From the NCBI GenBank assembly GCA_963816145.1, contig CAWFJP010000018.1:1-64000 (forward strand): 64,000 nt of DNA. The letters run 5' to 3'. Under the pieces are notes generated by a model that saw nothing but the letters and a program-made list of their open reading frames with translations, was not told the origin of the DNA and made no database searches. The translations under genes and the position numbers were made by a program. The DNA is from an uncultured delta proteobacterium (GTDB taxonomy: Bacteria > Desulfobacterota > Binatia > UBA9968). Below are positions 29,170 through 39,515 of the stretch, piece by piece (the first letter of the stretch is position 1; every line of letters starts with the position of its first letter).

Positions 29170-30030
29170 CTACCGTAGATACGGCGTGTACGCGTCCCAG
29201 CCGCGCCGGTAAGCGCGCTGGGTCTGGTTTACGTCGCGGTTGACGAAGAACCGGTTATACATCGGATGGCGCAGCGATCGCACTTCGTGCTCCAGCGAGA
29301 ATTTGTGGCTAGCGTCGACCGGATCGCTGATTTCCTTGAAGCGAAATTGGTGATTGCGCACATCTTCCGAGATGGCTCCCCGGCCCTTCAAGATTCCATA
29401 GGGACCGGAAAAGTTAGCAACATAGATCGCGACATGGTGGCCATCATACGGTCGCAACGCCCGATCGCTTTCGCGAAACAATAGCGACTGACTCCGGCCG
29501 ATCTTCACGCGGCCGAACTCGCCCCGGGCATCCGACTCGACGGCGGTCGGCGCGCCGAAGACTGTTTGATAGAAACGTAAGATCCCCGCCAGGGCGCCGC
29601 GCGCTACGGCGAACTCGACGTAAGGCATCCCAGCAGCCATGTCGCCGAATTCCGTTTGGCTGGGGTGGCAGCGGAAACGATTGCCCCAGGGACAGGTCAC
29701 GACGATGAGCTCGCCTTCTTGTTGAAACGAAAATTGGGTTCCCTTGAGCCCCTCAGCGATGGATTCCAAGCGCTTGACCAAGCCTTCGAAGTGGGGCACC
29801 ACCAGACCGATGTAGCCGTCGATCACCTGCGGGCTGCGCGTCGGCAAGTGGAACTGCTGCTCACCGATATTAGCCCACATGTTGTTGAGACCGACGTTGA
29901 GATAGGGATCGCGCGTGCAACCCAATCCCATCACGTAGAATAACGTCGCCAATGCTTGGTCGGGGATTTGCACATTAACATGTTCGAGGGAAATGATGTT
30001 ACCGATATCCTCATCGCTATAGTCGCTCAT
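29170..30030 (-). CDS. Uncharacterised two-domain VOC/glyoxalase-fold protein
   Basis: EHVNV, QFHL, CPWGN, GHHVAIY and EHE are VOC-type metal-ligand strands; GGAGG RBS. Confidence 0.65.
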   Translation of the reverse strand: MSDYSDEDIGNIISLEHVNVQIPDQALATLFYVMGLGCTRDPYLNVGLNNMWANIGEQQFHLPTRSPQVIDGYIGLVVPHFEGLVKRLESIAEGLKGTQFSFQQEGELIVVTCPWGNRFRCHPSQTEFGDMAAGMPYVEFAVARGALAGILRFYQTVFGAPTAVESDARGEFGRVKIGRSQSLLFRESDRALRPYDGHHVAIYVANFSGPYGILKGRGAISEDVRNHQFRFKEISDPVDASHKFSLEHEVRSLRHPMYNRFFVNRDVNQTQRAYRRGWDAYTPYLR

Positions 30031-30033
30031 GGC

Positions 30034-30975
30034 TTACCTCCCAAGGGAACGAATCCATTCCCATTGTTGTTTGAGTCCGTCTGCCAAATCGACCTGTGGC
30101 CGATAGTTCAATTTTTCCCGCGCCAAATCCAAGCGCGCGCGGGTATGGCGCACATCGCCGCGCTGGCGGTCGAAACGTTGGAGCTTGGCCTTGATTCCGG
30201 CGAGCTTTTCCGCCAGGTCGATGGCGCTGAGCAAACTCACTTGGCAACCGCCGCCGAGATTGAACACTTCGCCCTGACCGGAATACTGTGCCGCATTGAG
30301 GAGGCCATCGACGATATCCCCGCAGTAAGTGAAATCGCGCGTCTGCTCACCATCGTCGTAGAGCGGCACGTCGTCACCGGTCAACAGCGCGCGCATGAAT
30401 ATGTGGAAAAACATATCCGGCCGCTGGCGCGGTCCGTAGACGGTAAAGAAACGTAGCGCCACTGTGGGAACAGCGTAGGCTTTGCTATAGAGATGACAAA
30501 GATGCTCCGCGGCTAATTTGGTGGCGCCATAGGGCGACACCGGCCGGGTTAGACCGTCCTCGCGCATCGGTAAATCGGTAGTATCGCCATACACCGACGA
30601 GGTCGAGGCGTAAACGAATTTGCCAAGTTTTAGATCTTTGGCCGCTTCCAAGAGAAGCTGGGTAGCGCTGATGTTATTTTCGGTATAACGCGAGAACTCG
30701 CTGCCCCAGCTCGACCGCACGCCCGGCTGACCGGCGAGATGAAAAACATAGTCAACGTCTTGCAGCAACTTCTTCAGATCGATCCTGGTGAGATCCCCGC
30801 TAAAAAAGGTAAACTTCGGGTGCTCGATGAAGCTCGCCAGATTGTTTTCTTTAAAATGGCGCGGATAGTTATCGAGGAAACTATCGACACCGACGACGTC
30901 GTGGCCGGCTCCCAGAAGCTTCTCAACCAAGTGCGAACCGATAAATCCAGCAGCGCCGGTAACCAGAGACTTCAT
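30034..30975 (-). CDS. NAD-dependent nucleotide-sugar epimerase/dehydratase
   Basis: TGAAGFIGSH, QPGVR, SSVYG, YGATK and YGPRQRPDM motifs (UDP-glucose/glucuronate epimerase-like). Confidence 0.92.
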   Translation of the reverse strand: MKSLVTGAAGFIGSHLVEKLLGAGHDVVGVDSFLDNYPRHFKENNLASFIEHPKFTFFSGDLTRIDLKKLLQDVDYVFHLAGQPGVRSSWGSEFSRYTENNISATQLLLEAAKDLKLGKFVYASTSSVYGDTTDLPMREDGLTRPVSPYGATKLAAEHLCHLYSKAYAVPTVALRFFTVYGPRQRPDMFFHIFMRALLTGDDVPLYDDGEQTRDFTYCGDIVDGLLNAAQYSGQGEVFNLGGGCQVSLLSAIDLAEKLAGIKAKLQRFDRQRGDVRHTRARLDLAREKLNYRPQVDLADGLKQQWEWIRSLGR

Positions 30976-31556
30976 GGGCTAGTCTCCTCGGTCCGCACCG
31001 GACCACGCGCCAGAATCCAGGCCGCGGCGGATCTTAGGTTGTCAAAAACTTGTACATGAGAAACCAGAGCCTGCTCACCGTTACTTCGCACCAGGACAGG
31101 CGTAGCCCCCACCCGCAGGGCGAGTTCAAGATCGACATTCTGATCGCCGACCACATAGGATCGCTTGGGCGCCAAAGCCAGATCTTTGACGGCACGTTGG
31201 ATCATGCCTGAGTTGGGTTTGCGGCAATCGCACGCCACGCGATAAGTCTCGATGCCCTCGCTCGGGTGGTGCGGACAATAATAGATTGCATCCAACATCG
31301 CACCTTGATCGGCCAGCCGCTCTCGAATGAGTAGGTGAATCTGCTTCAACTTTGCTTCTGTAAGCCAGCCGCGCGCCACCGCCGACTGATTGGTCACTAC
31401 CACAGTTCTAAAACCGCCATCGCGCAAGGCCCGGATTGCCGCCGGCACACCATCCAGTATTTCAATCTGCTCGAGTCGCGTAAGATAGCCGACGTCGCGA
31501 ATCAATGTGCCATCGCGATCGAAGAATACTGCGGGGCGGAGATTCGCTGCGGTCAT
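30972..31556 (-). CDS. gmhB: D-glycero-D-manno-heptose 1,7-bisphosphate phosphatase
   Basis: DRDGTL, TNQS, CPHHP, CDCRKP and GD motifs. Confidence 0.93.
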   Translation of the reverse strand: MTAANLRPAVFFDRDGTLIRDVGYLTRLEQIEILDGVPAAIRALRDGGFRTVVVTNQSAVARGWLTEAKLKQIHLLIRERLADQGAMLDAIYYCPHHPSEGIETYRVACDCRKPNSGMIQRAVKDLALAPKRSYVVGDQNVDLELALRVGATPVLVRSNGEQALVSHVQVFDNLRSAAAWILARGPVRTEETSP

Positions 31557-32644
31557 GAATCACGACTACACGCTTCACGAATCCGGCCCACGACAGCCGC
31601 CACCAGTTGTTCGCCGCCGGCGACATGCATACCGACCCTGAGCGCCATGAGCTTATCACGCGCGAACGGATAGCGAATCAATTTAAGAATATCTTTCTCG
31701 GTTGTAATGATCAAATCGATCAACCGCGCCATCCTGCTGATTTCTTGCCAATCTTTGGTACTGTAAGCGTGATGATCGGGGAATTCCAAAGTATGAACGA
31801 TCTGACCTTCCCACTCGTGAATCGTTTGGTAGAGTTTTTGCGGATTGGCGATGCCCGTGACCGTCAGGATCTTGCTGTGATGCAAAATAGTCAGCGGATA
31901 GCGCTTCCAGCGGTGCGCGTCGAAGGTGATCATATCCACGGGTTGCAAGGAGCCAGTGAAAGCCGCTTTTGACCGGTCCGGTGGCAAATGTCGGCGCCAC
32001 TCGGCTTCCGCTCCGGTGAGAAGCCAGTAATCGCCGCGCTTCAAGTTGCCTCGCGGTTCACGAAATGGACCGGCCGGTAACACCCTGCCGGAATAGTCGC
32101 TGCCGAGCAGCACTAAATCGACATCGCGTTGGATTTGCCGGTGTTGAAATCCGTCGTCGAGGACAAAAACGTCGACATCTTCCCGGCGCAACAATTCCTG
32201 GGCCGATTGCATGCGATCGGCTCCCACCCCCACGGTCTGCTCGTAAAAGCGTGCCATCATCAGCGGTTCATCCCCCGCCTGAGCCAACTCGTCTTCGTTT
32301 TGAGCGATATCGCTACTCATCTTGCTCGGTTGCAAAATGACCGGCTGAGTTTCCTTGCGCCGGTAACCCCGGCTCAAGATTCCAACTTTAAACCCTTGAC
32401 GGCGCAACTCACCGGCGAGCCAAACACAGGTTGGCGTCTTACCGGTACCGCCGACCGTCAAGTTACCGATACTGATGACCGGCCTGGGCAGGCGAACCGA
32501 CTGAATCCAACCCCGAGTGAAAAATAAATTGCGTAACTGCACGATGACTGCATATCCCAACGACGCCGGCCATAACAATGTTCCAAGCAGCTTGCCACGG
32601 AATCCGCTCCGCTGCCACACCCGCCGCACCACCGTACTAGACAT
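31553..32644 (-). CDS. lpxK: Tetraacyldisaccharide 4'-kinase
   Basis: GNLTVGGTGKTP, SRGY, GDE, DDGFQH, DHH and TEKD motifs. Confidence 0.96.
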   Translation of the reverse strand: MSSTVVRRVWQRSGFRGKLLGTLLWPASLGYAVIVQLRNLFFTRGWIQSVRLPRPVISIGNLTVGGTGKTPTCVWLAGELRRQGFKVGILSRGYRRKETQPVILQPSKMSSDIAQNEDELAQAGDEPLMMARFYEQTVGVGADRMQSAQELLRREDVDVFVLDDGFQHRQIQRDVDLVLLGSDYSGRVLPAGPFREPRGNLKRGDYWLLTGAEAEWRRHLPPDRSKAAFTGSLQPVDMITFDAHRWKRYPLTILHHSKILTVTGIANPQKLYQTIHEWEGQIVHTLEFPDHHAYSTKDWQEISRMARLIDLIITTEKDILKLIRYPFARDKLMALRVGMHVAGGEQLVAAVVGRIREACSRDS

Positions 32645-32680
32645 AAAACGTTAAACCGATCACCGATCTCCTCATCCGCA

Positions 32681-33976
32681 CTATGAAACCTGCACTGTCG
32701 CACCCCGCGAGTCTGATAAGTAGCGTGCCGCCAGGGCGTAGTTATTCTCGACTGCCACATCTCCGTTTACCGACACAGTGAGAGCCTGCTCTCCCATGGC
32801 GATCCGCTTGTCTTCGTCCGCTAACAATTTAGCCAGTGTAGTGCACAAGGCGTGGCCGTCAGCAACCTCGATGGCGGCCCCCTTGGCTTTGAATTCCTCG
32901 GCGACCGCTTTCACATTGGACATGTAGGGGCCGAAGAGAATCACTTTGCCCGCCCGCGCTGGTTCGAGAATATTGTGACCGCCGACATCGACTAGACTGC
33001 CGCCGACAAACGCGATATCGCCGCAAGCAAAAAACTCTCCGAGTTCGCCCAGCGTATCCAGGAGCAAGATATCTTGAGCAAATAGCCGATCATCCGCGGT
33101 CCGGCTCCTCCGGCAATAACCGAAGCCACTGCGCCGCAGGAGATCCTCCACCTCATCAAAACGTTGGGGATGGCGCGGCGCGAGAACCATCGTTAGCTCG
33201 GGAAATTTCGGCCGGAGCGCGGCGAAAGTCGATAACAGCGTTTGCTCTTCGCCCGCATGCGTGCTGCCGGCGACTAGCAACATTTTCCCGTAACGGGGCA
33301 ATTGCGTGAAGCGAGGCGATTGCGGCTTTGCCTCGGACGATTTAAGGCTGCCGACCACCGACACCCTGCTTTCGTCCGCGCCGAGCTTGATGATCCGTTC
33401 GGCATCTTCGCCGGTCTGCATCCCGATGGCGGCAAAACGGAGCAGCACTTGGCGGAAAAAGCTGCGGAATTTTTCATAGTGTGGATAGGAACGTGCCGAC
33501 AAGCGACCGCTGAGCATTACCGTCGGAATGCCGCGGCGAAAGCATTCGCCCAACAGATTCGGCCATATCTCGGTTTCGACAAAAACCATTAAAGACGGGT
33601 TCCACTGGGTCAAGGCGCGCCGAACGGTCCACAATAAATCGAGGGGCAAGAAAATTACCCCATCGACCCCGGAAATTTTCTTGGCAATCTCATTGCCGGT
33701 GAACGTAAATGTCGACAACAAAATTCGCCGGCGCGGATGGTGCGCTTTCAACTCCCGTATCAGCGTGGAAACCGAACGCACTTCGCCGACCGATGATGCG
33801 TGGATCCAAACCGGCCTGGCGCCCGCCATGGAGCGCACTTGTGCTTGTGGGAAAAAACCATAGCGCTGCCACAGCCCAGCGCTAAATCGTTTGCCTAACA
33901 GCGGCACAATTAGCGTAATCGGGAAGGTCAGCAAGAACAGGAACGTGAGCAGGCAGTTATAGCCAATGAACCACAT
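32681..33976 (-). CDS. waaA: Kdo transferase
   Basis: WIHASSVGE, ETEIWPN, APRHPQR and GGHNILEP motifs. Confidence 0.96.
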   Translation of the reverse strand: MWFIGYNCLLTFLFLLTFPITLIVPLLGKRFSAGLWQRYGFFPQAQVRSMAGARPVWIHASSVGEVRSVSTLIRELKAHHPRRRILLSTFTFTGNEIAKKISGVDGVIFLPLDLLWTVRRALTQWNPSLMVFVETEIWPNLLGECFRRGIPTVMLSGRLSARSYPHYEKFRSFFRQVLLRFAAIGMQTGEDAERIIKLGADESRVSVVGSLKSSEAKPQSPRFTQLPRYGKMLLVAGSTHAGEEQTLLSTFAALRPKFPELTMVLAPRHPQRFDEVEDLLRRSGFGYCRRSRTADDRLFAQDILLLDTLGELGEFFACGDIAFVGGSLVDVGGHNILEPARAGKVILFGPYMSNVKAVAEEFKAKGAAIEVADGHALCTTLAKLLADEDKRIAMGEQALTVSVNGDVAVENNYALAARYLSDSRGATVQVS

Positions 33977-33993
33977 CGCTCGTGAGACGCGTC

Positions 33994-35775
33994 CTAGTGA
34001 ACCAATTCGGCTTCGTTCGTTTGGCGGTTATCCAGCAATTGAAGCGAGTAGAGCCGGCTATATTCGCGATCGCGGGCAAGCAATTCGTCATGGGTGCCTT
34101 CTTCGGCGATCGCACCATCGACCATCACGACAATCCGATCAGCCTTGCGTATAGTCGACAGCCGATGGGCGATAACGATCGTCGTCCGGGTGCGCATCAG
34201 AGTTTCCAGCGCGTCTTGAACCGAACGTTCGGAGTCGGCATCCAACGAGGAGGTCGCTTCGTCGAGGATCAGAATCGGCGCGTTTTTCAGCAGCGCCCGT
34301 GCGATCGCCAACCGTTGGCGCTGGCCACCAGATAGTTGCAGCCCCAATTCGCCGATCTCCGAGTCATAACCGTTGGGCATCGCATCGATGAACTCATCGG
34401 CATGGGCCGCCTTGGCCGCGGCGATGATCGCATCCATATCCCGCTCGGGATCGCCGTAGGCGATATTGTTGCGTATGGTATCGTTGAACAGGAACGTGTG
34501 CTGCGTAACAATGCCGATTTGGGCGCGCAGTGACTGCACCGTGAGATCGCGAACATCGACACCGTCAACAAGGATTCGACCTGATTTGACATCGTAAAAA
34601 CGCGGGATCAAATCGACCAGCGTGCTTTTACCGACGCCGCTCATCCCAACCAACGCAACCATTTGGCCCGCTTCGACGGTGAGAGTGATGTTTTTCAGTA
34701 CCGGAGTTTCCGCGTAGGCAAAGTTGACATTCTGGAATTCGATCTTGCGCGTGAACGGCTTAGCCGGTTGGGCGTCCGGTTTGTCGCTAACCTCAGGCTT
34801 TTCGTCGAGCGTCTCGAAGACTCTTTCGGCGCCAGCCAGACCTTGATGGACCGCCGCATAGGTACGACTAAGGCCTTTGAATGGCGCGTACATGAGAAAC
34901 ATCGCCGCCATGAACGCAAAGAACTCGCCTTGGGTGCGGCCGCCCCGGATCACGCTCCAGCCGCCGTACCAAACGACGCCGGCAATACCGAATGAAGCCA
35001 GCAGTTCCATCGAAGGCGCAACAATTGACTTGATCCTACTGGCGCGCAGCGATTGTTTAAACAGACGGCCATTCTCGGCCATGAAGCGCCGGTCTTCGTA
35101 GTTTTCCATGCCGAAAGCCTTAACGATTCGGTTGCCTTGAATGCTCTCTTGCAGCAGCACGGTGAGCCTGCCGGTGCTCACTTGCCCGCGCTTGGTAAAT
35201 TTCTTCATGTTTCCGCTGAGTCGCATGATCGGCAGCACGGAGGCGGGAAAAACGAAAAAGGCGATCGACGCCAGTACCCAATCCTTCAGGAACGCGACCG
35301 TGACCAAAGCGATCAGGGAAGTGGTGTCTTTTAGAAACGACGCCAGCGCATCGGTGATCGAGAAGCGGAGTAACAGGACGTCGCTGTTGACCCGAGAAAT
35401 CAAGGTCCCCGTAGGATGGCGGTAAAAAAATGACAAGGAAAGCGACTGGAAGTGGCGATTGAGCGCATTACGCACATCGTTGATGATGCGCAAGCCAACA
35501 TAATCGGTAAGATAGCTTTGGCCAAATTGCATCACACCGCGGAACACAAAGAGTCCAATCACTAAAAACGGGATCATGTTGAGCGTCGCTTGATCCTTTC
35601 GACCGAACACTCCGTCCATGATCGGCTGCACCAGGAACGGAATCGAACCGTCGGTCACGCCGTACAGCACCATACAAATCATCCCCAAAACAAAATACGG
35701 CCAGATATAAGGCTTTAGAAACTGCAACAAGCGGCGGTAGGTTTTTAACGCATTGGTCTGCTCTGGGTTTTTCAT
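33994..35775 (-). CDS. msbA: Lipid A export ABC transporter
   Basis: Transmembrane domain plus GMSGVGKS, LSGGQ and DEATS; located between lpxB and waaA. Confidence 0.93.
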   Translation of the reverse strand: MKNPEQTNALKTYRRLLQFLKPYIWPYFVLGMICMVLYGVTDGSIPFLVQPIMDGVFGRKDQATLNMIPFLVIGLFVFRGVMQFGQSYLTDYVGLRIINDVRNALNRHFQSLSLSFFYRHPTGTLISRVNSDVLLLRFSITDALASFLKDTTSLIALVTVAFLKDWVLASIAFFVFPASVLPIMRLSGNMKKFTKRGQVSTGRLTVLLQESIQGNRIVKAFGMENYEDRRFMAENGRLFKQSLRASRIKSIVAPSMELLASFGIAGVVWYGGWSVIRGGRTQGEFFAFMAAMFLMYAPFKGLSRTYAAVHQGLAGAERVFETLDEKPEVSDKPDAQPAKPFTRKIEFQNVNFAYAETPVLKNITLTVEAGQMVALVGMSGVGKSTLVDLIPRFYDVKSGRILVDGVDVRDLTVQSLRAQIGIVTQHTFLFNDTIRNNIAYGDPERDMDAIIAAAKAAHADEFIDAMPNGYDSEIGELGLQLSGGQRQRLAIARALLKNAPILILDEATSSLDADSERSVQDALETLMRTRTTIVIAHRLSTIRKADRIVVMVDGAIAEEGTHDELLARDREYSRLYSLQLLDNRQTNEAELVH

Positions 35776-36923
35776 ATAATCATACCAAGTGCTATTTGCG
35801 CCACACGTTCGGCCGCGCCGGGGGATCCCAAACGCTCGCGCAGCCGAGTAAGTTCTTCAACAATATCCGAGCGCGCTTTGTCGTCGCTTAACATCCGGCG
35901 GCTTTCGGCGATCAGGCGCGGCGGATTAAACTCGCCCTGGACCAACTCCGGCACCAGGCGCTTGCCGGCGATCAGATTGACCATACCGATATGCTCAACC
36001 CGGACGAGAAGCCGCGCTATGAAATAAGTCAGCCAAGACACGCGGTAAACGACAACCATGGGGCGCGTCAGCAGCGCGGTTTCGAGAGTCGCCGTACCAG
36101 ACGCGGTCCAAACCAGATCCGCCGCCCGCAAAGCGTCATAGCGATCCTGCTCGATGATGGGAATCGTCGCATTGGCAATCATCTTCCGCAAATCGCCGGT
36201 CTCGATCGTGCTCGCGCGCAGACAATAGAACTGCACGTTGTCCGCCGCCTGCATCTCTGTGGCGGCCGCGAGCATCGTTGGTAGATGACGGCTCACCTCA
36301 CCGTGGCGGCTACCGGGCAAAAGCGCAATAGACTTTTTCCCAGGATTGAGGCCGTAACGCGCCAACACCGATTCACGGCTTTGTTCCGCCGAAACAGTCT
36401 CTAATAATGGATGGCCGACAAACGCCACATTGACACCGTGGCGCTGATAAAAATCGACTTCAAAGGGAAACACCACGGCCATCCGATCGACCGACTCGGC
36501 GATCTGGCGAACCCGGCCGCGGCGCCAAGCCCAAATTTGCGGACTGATGTAATAGAGCACGGGTATTCGCAGCGATTTGGCAATGCGCGCCAGTCGCAGA
36601 TTGAATTCGGGAAAATCAATGAGGATCAGTAAATCCGGCCTTCGCTGTCTGAGCGCGCCGCGCAAAAGCTGATACGCCTGGCAAATATTTTTCATGTTGC
36701 CGGCAAGCTCCACGAGTCCCATTCCGGTCAGCTGCGAGACGTTGAAGAGTTCCTCGAAATCGGTTTCCTGCAACTGCTCGCCGGCAACCCCGAATATTTT
36801 CAAATTGGCATCTTGGCGATGTAGAGCCTTGACCAAATTGGCGCCATGCACATCACCCGATGCTTCGCCAACCACCAACATCACTTGCTTCGCTCGACTT
36901 GCCACGCGCTCGTTAGGTCGCAA
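35772..36923 (-). CDS. lpxB: Lipid-A-disaccharide synthase
   Basis: GEASGD, SPQIWAWR, PGSR and SGTATLE motifs. Confidence 0.96.
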   Translation of the reverse strand: MRPNERVASRAKQVMLVVGEASGDVHGANLVKALHRQDANLKIFGVAGEQLQETDFEELFNVSQLTGMGLVELAGNMKNICQAYQLLRGALRQRRPDLLILIDFPEFNLRLARIAKSLRIPVLYYISPQIWAWRRGRVRQIAESVDRMAVVFPFEVDFYQRHGVNVAFVGHPLLETVSAEQSRESVLARYGLNPGKKSIALLPGSRHGEVSRHLPTMLAAATEMQAADNVQFYCLRASTIETGDLRKMIANATIPIIEQDRYDALRAADLVWTASGTATLETALLTRPMVVVYRVSWLTYFIARLLVRVEHIGMVNLIAGKRLVPELVQGEFNPPRLIAESRRMLSDDKARSDIVEELTRLRERLGSPGAAERVAQIALGMII

Positions 36924-37857
36924 GGTCGGACAGCTGAGCGCTGATCATGGAGGCGATTTCCAAGGCCCGCAAACCTTCAGTACCGCCGACGAGTGGAGGA
37001 GTCCGGGTACGTACGCAATCGAGAAAGGAATCGATTTCGTCGGCCAGGGCGTCGCCATCTTTGATTTCAATATTCTCGGCGCGGATATCAAGCCAACCGG
37101 CCCCCGGTTTCGGCTTATGAAAAATCTGCGCGCGCCGTTGATCGTAGTCGATGGAGATATACGCGTCCGGTTGAAAGAAACGCACCTTACGTTCGCGCTT
37201 GATCGACACACGGCTGGCGGTGACATTGGCAATGCAGCCGTTCTCGAAGGTGATACGTGCATTGGCGATGTCAGGCATTTCGGTCAACACAGGTACACCC
37301 ACCGCCTCGACCCGCCGAATCGGTGAGCGCACCAAGCTGGTGATGACGTCGATATCGTGGATCATCAGATCCAACACGACATCGACATCCGTGCCGCGCT
37401 CGATAAAAGGCGCCAGGCGGTGGCATTCGACGAATTTAGGATCCTTAATAATGCCCTCGAGACGGCGAATCGCCGGATTGAACCGTTCAAGATGACCGAC
37501 TTGGAGCAACGCACCCTTGGCCGCCGCTAACGCGACCAGCTCGTTGGCCTCCGCCAAGTCCGCAGTCAACGGTTTTTCGACCAAGACATCGATACCGGCG
37601 GCAAGAAACTCCCGTGCGACTCGGTAATGATAACGAGTCGGCACAGCAATGCTGGCGCAGCGAATTTTGCCGAAAAGCTCGCGATAGTCGGTAAACGCCT
37701 GCGCTCCCACCAAATGGCCGATCGCGCGGGCGCGCTCGCCGTCGACATCGACCACACCGACGAGGTGTGCCATTTCCGACGACGCATACTTCTCCGCGTG
37801 AAACTTGCCGAGATATCCGACACCGACGACCGCGACGGGTAATGCTTGGAGGGCCAT
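36913..37857 (-). CDS. gnnA: Gfo/Idh/MocA oxidoreductase, probable UDP-GlcNAc 3-dehydrogenase
   Basis: GVGYLG, EKP, GHLERFNP and DLMIHDID motifs. Its position between lpxA/lpxI and lpxB is typical of GnnA. Confidence 0.75.
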   Translation of the reverse strand: MALQALPVAVVGVGYLGKFHAEKYASSEMAHLVGVVDVDGERARAIGHLVGAQAFTDYRELFGKIRCASIAVPTRYHYRVAREFLAAGIDVLVEKPLTADLAEANELVALAAAKGALLQVGHLERFNPAIRRLEGIIKDPKFVECHRLAPFIERGTDVDVVLDLMIHDIDVITSLVRSPIRRVEAVGVPVLTEMPDIANARITFENGCIANVTASRVSIKRERKVRFFQPDAYISIDYDQRRAQIFHKPKPGAGWLDIRAENIEIKDGDALADEIDSFLDCVRTRTPPLVGGTEGLRALEIASMISAQLSDLAT

Positions 37858-37869
37858 GTTCCTTGCCGG

Positions 37870-38676
37870 CTAAGCGGCTATCGCGACGACGGCGATGCCG
37901 CAATCATCAGCTGTACGCAACAATTCTTCTTTTTCGATCAATATCGCTTTGCCTGCCTCAATGGCGAGCACCGCGCCGCCAACCTCGCGCAGAGAATTGA
38001 TCGTCTCGACACCGACGGCCGGCACATCGAAGCGCAAATCCTGTTGCGGCTTACTGACCTTGACGACCACACAGCCCGATTTGGCCAACTGGCCGCCGCG
38101 TTGAACCGCCGCGTCGGTGCCTTCTACCGCTTCGACAGCGAGAATCACCTGATTCTTTAAAACTACCGTCTGCCCAATACCTAATCGACCGATTTCCTTC
38201 GCCAAGCGAATCCCCAACCTAATATCGTCCCACTGCGCCGCGCTGGGCGTTTTGCGCGTCAGAACCCCTTCTCGCGCGATGAGACTGGTCAAGCAGAAAG
38301 TCGAGTCGACAATCCGAATACCGTCGCTAGCCAGCTCATCTGCGATGCCGCGCAAAAGCGCGTCGTCTTCGCGGCTTTTGATCCTAGCAAGAAAACGCGC
38401 GCCACGGAGATCCGGTCGGAAATTACCGAGTAGTCGGACCTTGCGAATACCGCCAGCCATCACCGCCTCGGCCACGCCGGCTTTTTGAAAAGTTCGAATA
38501 ATTTTTCCCAATTGACCGACGTAAATCCAAGTAAACTCGTCGACGCGATCTTCCAGGGACGCATCGGTTTCCTCGCGATGCGCCACCGCGACAACCGAGT
38601 AGCCCTGACGCTTCGCTTCCTCGGCAAAAATCAGCGGAAACTTGCCGTTCCCGGCAATCAATCCGATTCGATTCAT
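37870..38676 (-). CDS. lpxI: UDP-2,3-diacylglucosamine diphosphatase LpxI
   Basis: IGLIAGNGKFP, GQTVV, EAVEGTD and QDLRFDVP motifs; start MNRIG. Confidence 0.93.
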   Translation of the reverse strand: MNRIGLIAGNGKFPLIFAEEAKRQGYSVVAVAHREETDASLEDRVDEFTWIYVGQLGKIIRTFQKAGVAEAVMAGGIRKVRLLGNFRPDLRGARFLARIKSREDDALLRGIADELASDGIRIVDSTFCLTSLIAREGVLTRKTPSAAQWDDIRLGIRLAKEIGRLGIGQTVVLKNQVILAVEAVEGTDAAVQRGGQLAKSGCVVVKVSKPQQDLRFDVPAVGVETINSLREVGGAVLAIEAGKAILIEKEELLRTADDCGIAVVAIAA

Positions 38677-38724
38677 CGTGGTGACCTCGAAAGGCTCCGC
38701 GCTACGGTAGATAAACACAAGGAT

Positions 38725-39501
38725 CTAGCGGCAAATCCCGCGCTCAGAAGCAGCGATGAAAGATACAAACTGTTCGATCTCCTGCAGCGCCGGCAACTCC
38801 TTGCGGATCTTCTCCAAGGCCTCGTTGGTTTTGAGCTTGGAGCGAAACACGACGCGATAGGCTTTATGGATCGCGTCGATTTTGGCTTTGTCGAAACCGC
38901 GCCGTTTCATCCCCTCGACGTTGAGACCATGCAATTTGGCGCGGTCGCCGGTAGCATTGCAAAACGGCGGCACATCCTTGGAAACCATCGCGCCGGCGCC
39001 GAGAATCGCCCCCGAACCGATCCGCACGAACTGATGAATCCCGACCAAACCGCCGACAATGACGTTATCCTCGATCACGACATGGCCGCCGAGGGTGGCG
39101 CCGTTGGCGATGACGTTGCGATTCCCGACGATGCAGTCATGGGCAATATGACAATACATCATGAGCAGGTTTTGACTGCCCACCCGAGTGATCATACCGC
39201 CACCGACAGTCCCCGGATTGAGCGACGCGAACTCCCGGATGGTGTTATTGTCACCGATGATGAGCTCGCTGGGTTCGCCTCGATATTTTAGATCCTGAGG
39301 AATCGTCCCCACGGTCGCGAACGGAAAAACCACATTGCCGCGCCCCATCGTGGTCAACCCATCGACAACTGCATGGGACTGAATCTTAGTTCCCGCGGCA
39401 ATTTTGACATTGGCGCCGATAACAACATAGGGACCAATCACAACATCGTTCGCCAGATCTGCGTGCGGATCGACTATCGCGGTGGGGTGAATTTTTGCCA
39501 A
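38725..39501 (-). CDS. lpxA: UDP-N-acetylglucosamine acyltransferase
   Basis: Hexapeptide repeats; PQDLKY, HIAHDC, HQF and DVPPF motifs. Confidence 0.96.
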   Translation of the reverse strand: MAKIHPTAIVDPHADLANDVVIGPYVVIGANVKIAAGTKIQSHAVVDGLTTMGRGNVVFPFATVGTIPQDLKYRGEPSELIIGDNNTIREFASLNPGTVGGGMITRVGSQNLLMMYCHIAHDCIVGNRNVIANGATLGGHVVIEDNVIVGGLVGIHQFVRIGSGAILGAGAMVSKDVPPFCNATGDRAKLHGLNVEGMKRRGFDKAKIDAIHKAYRVVFRSKLKTNEALEKIRKELPALQEIEQFVSFIAASERGICR

Positions 39502-39515
39502 CTGCGCCGACCGTC

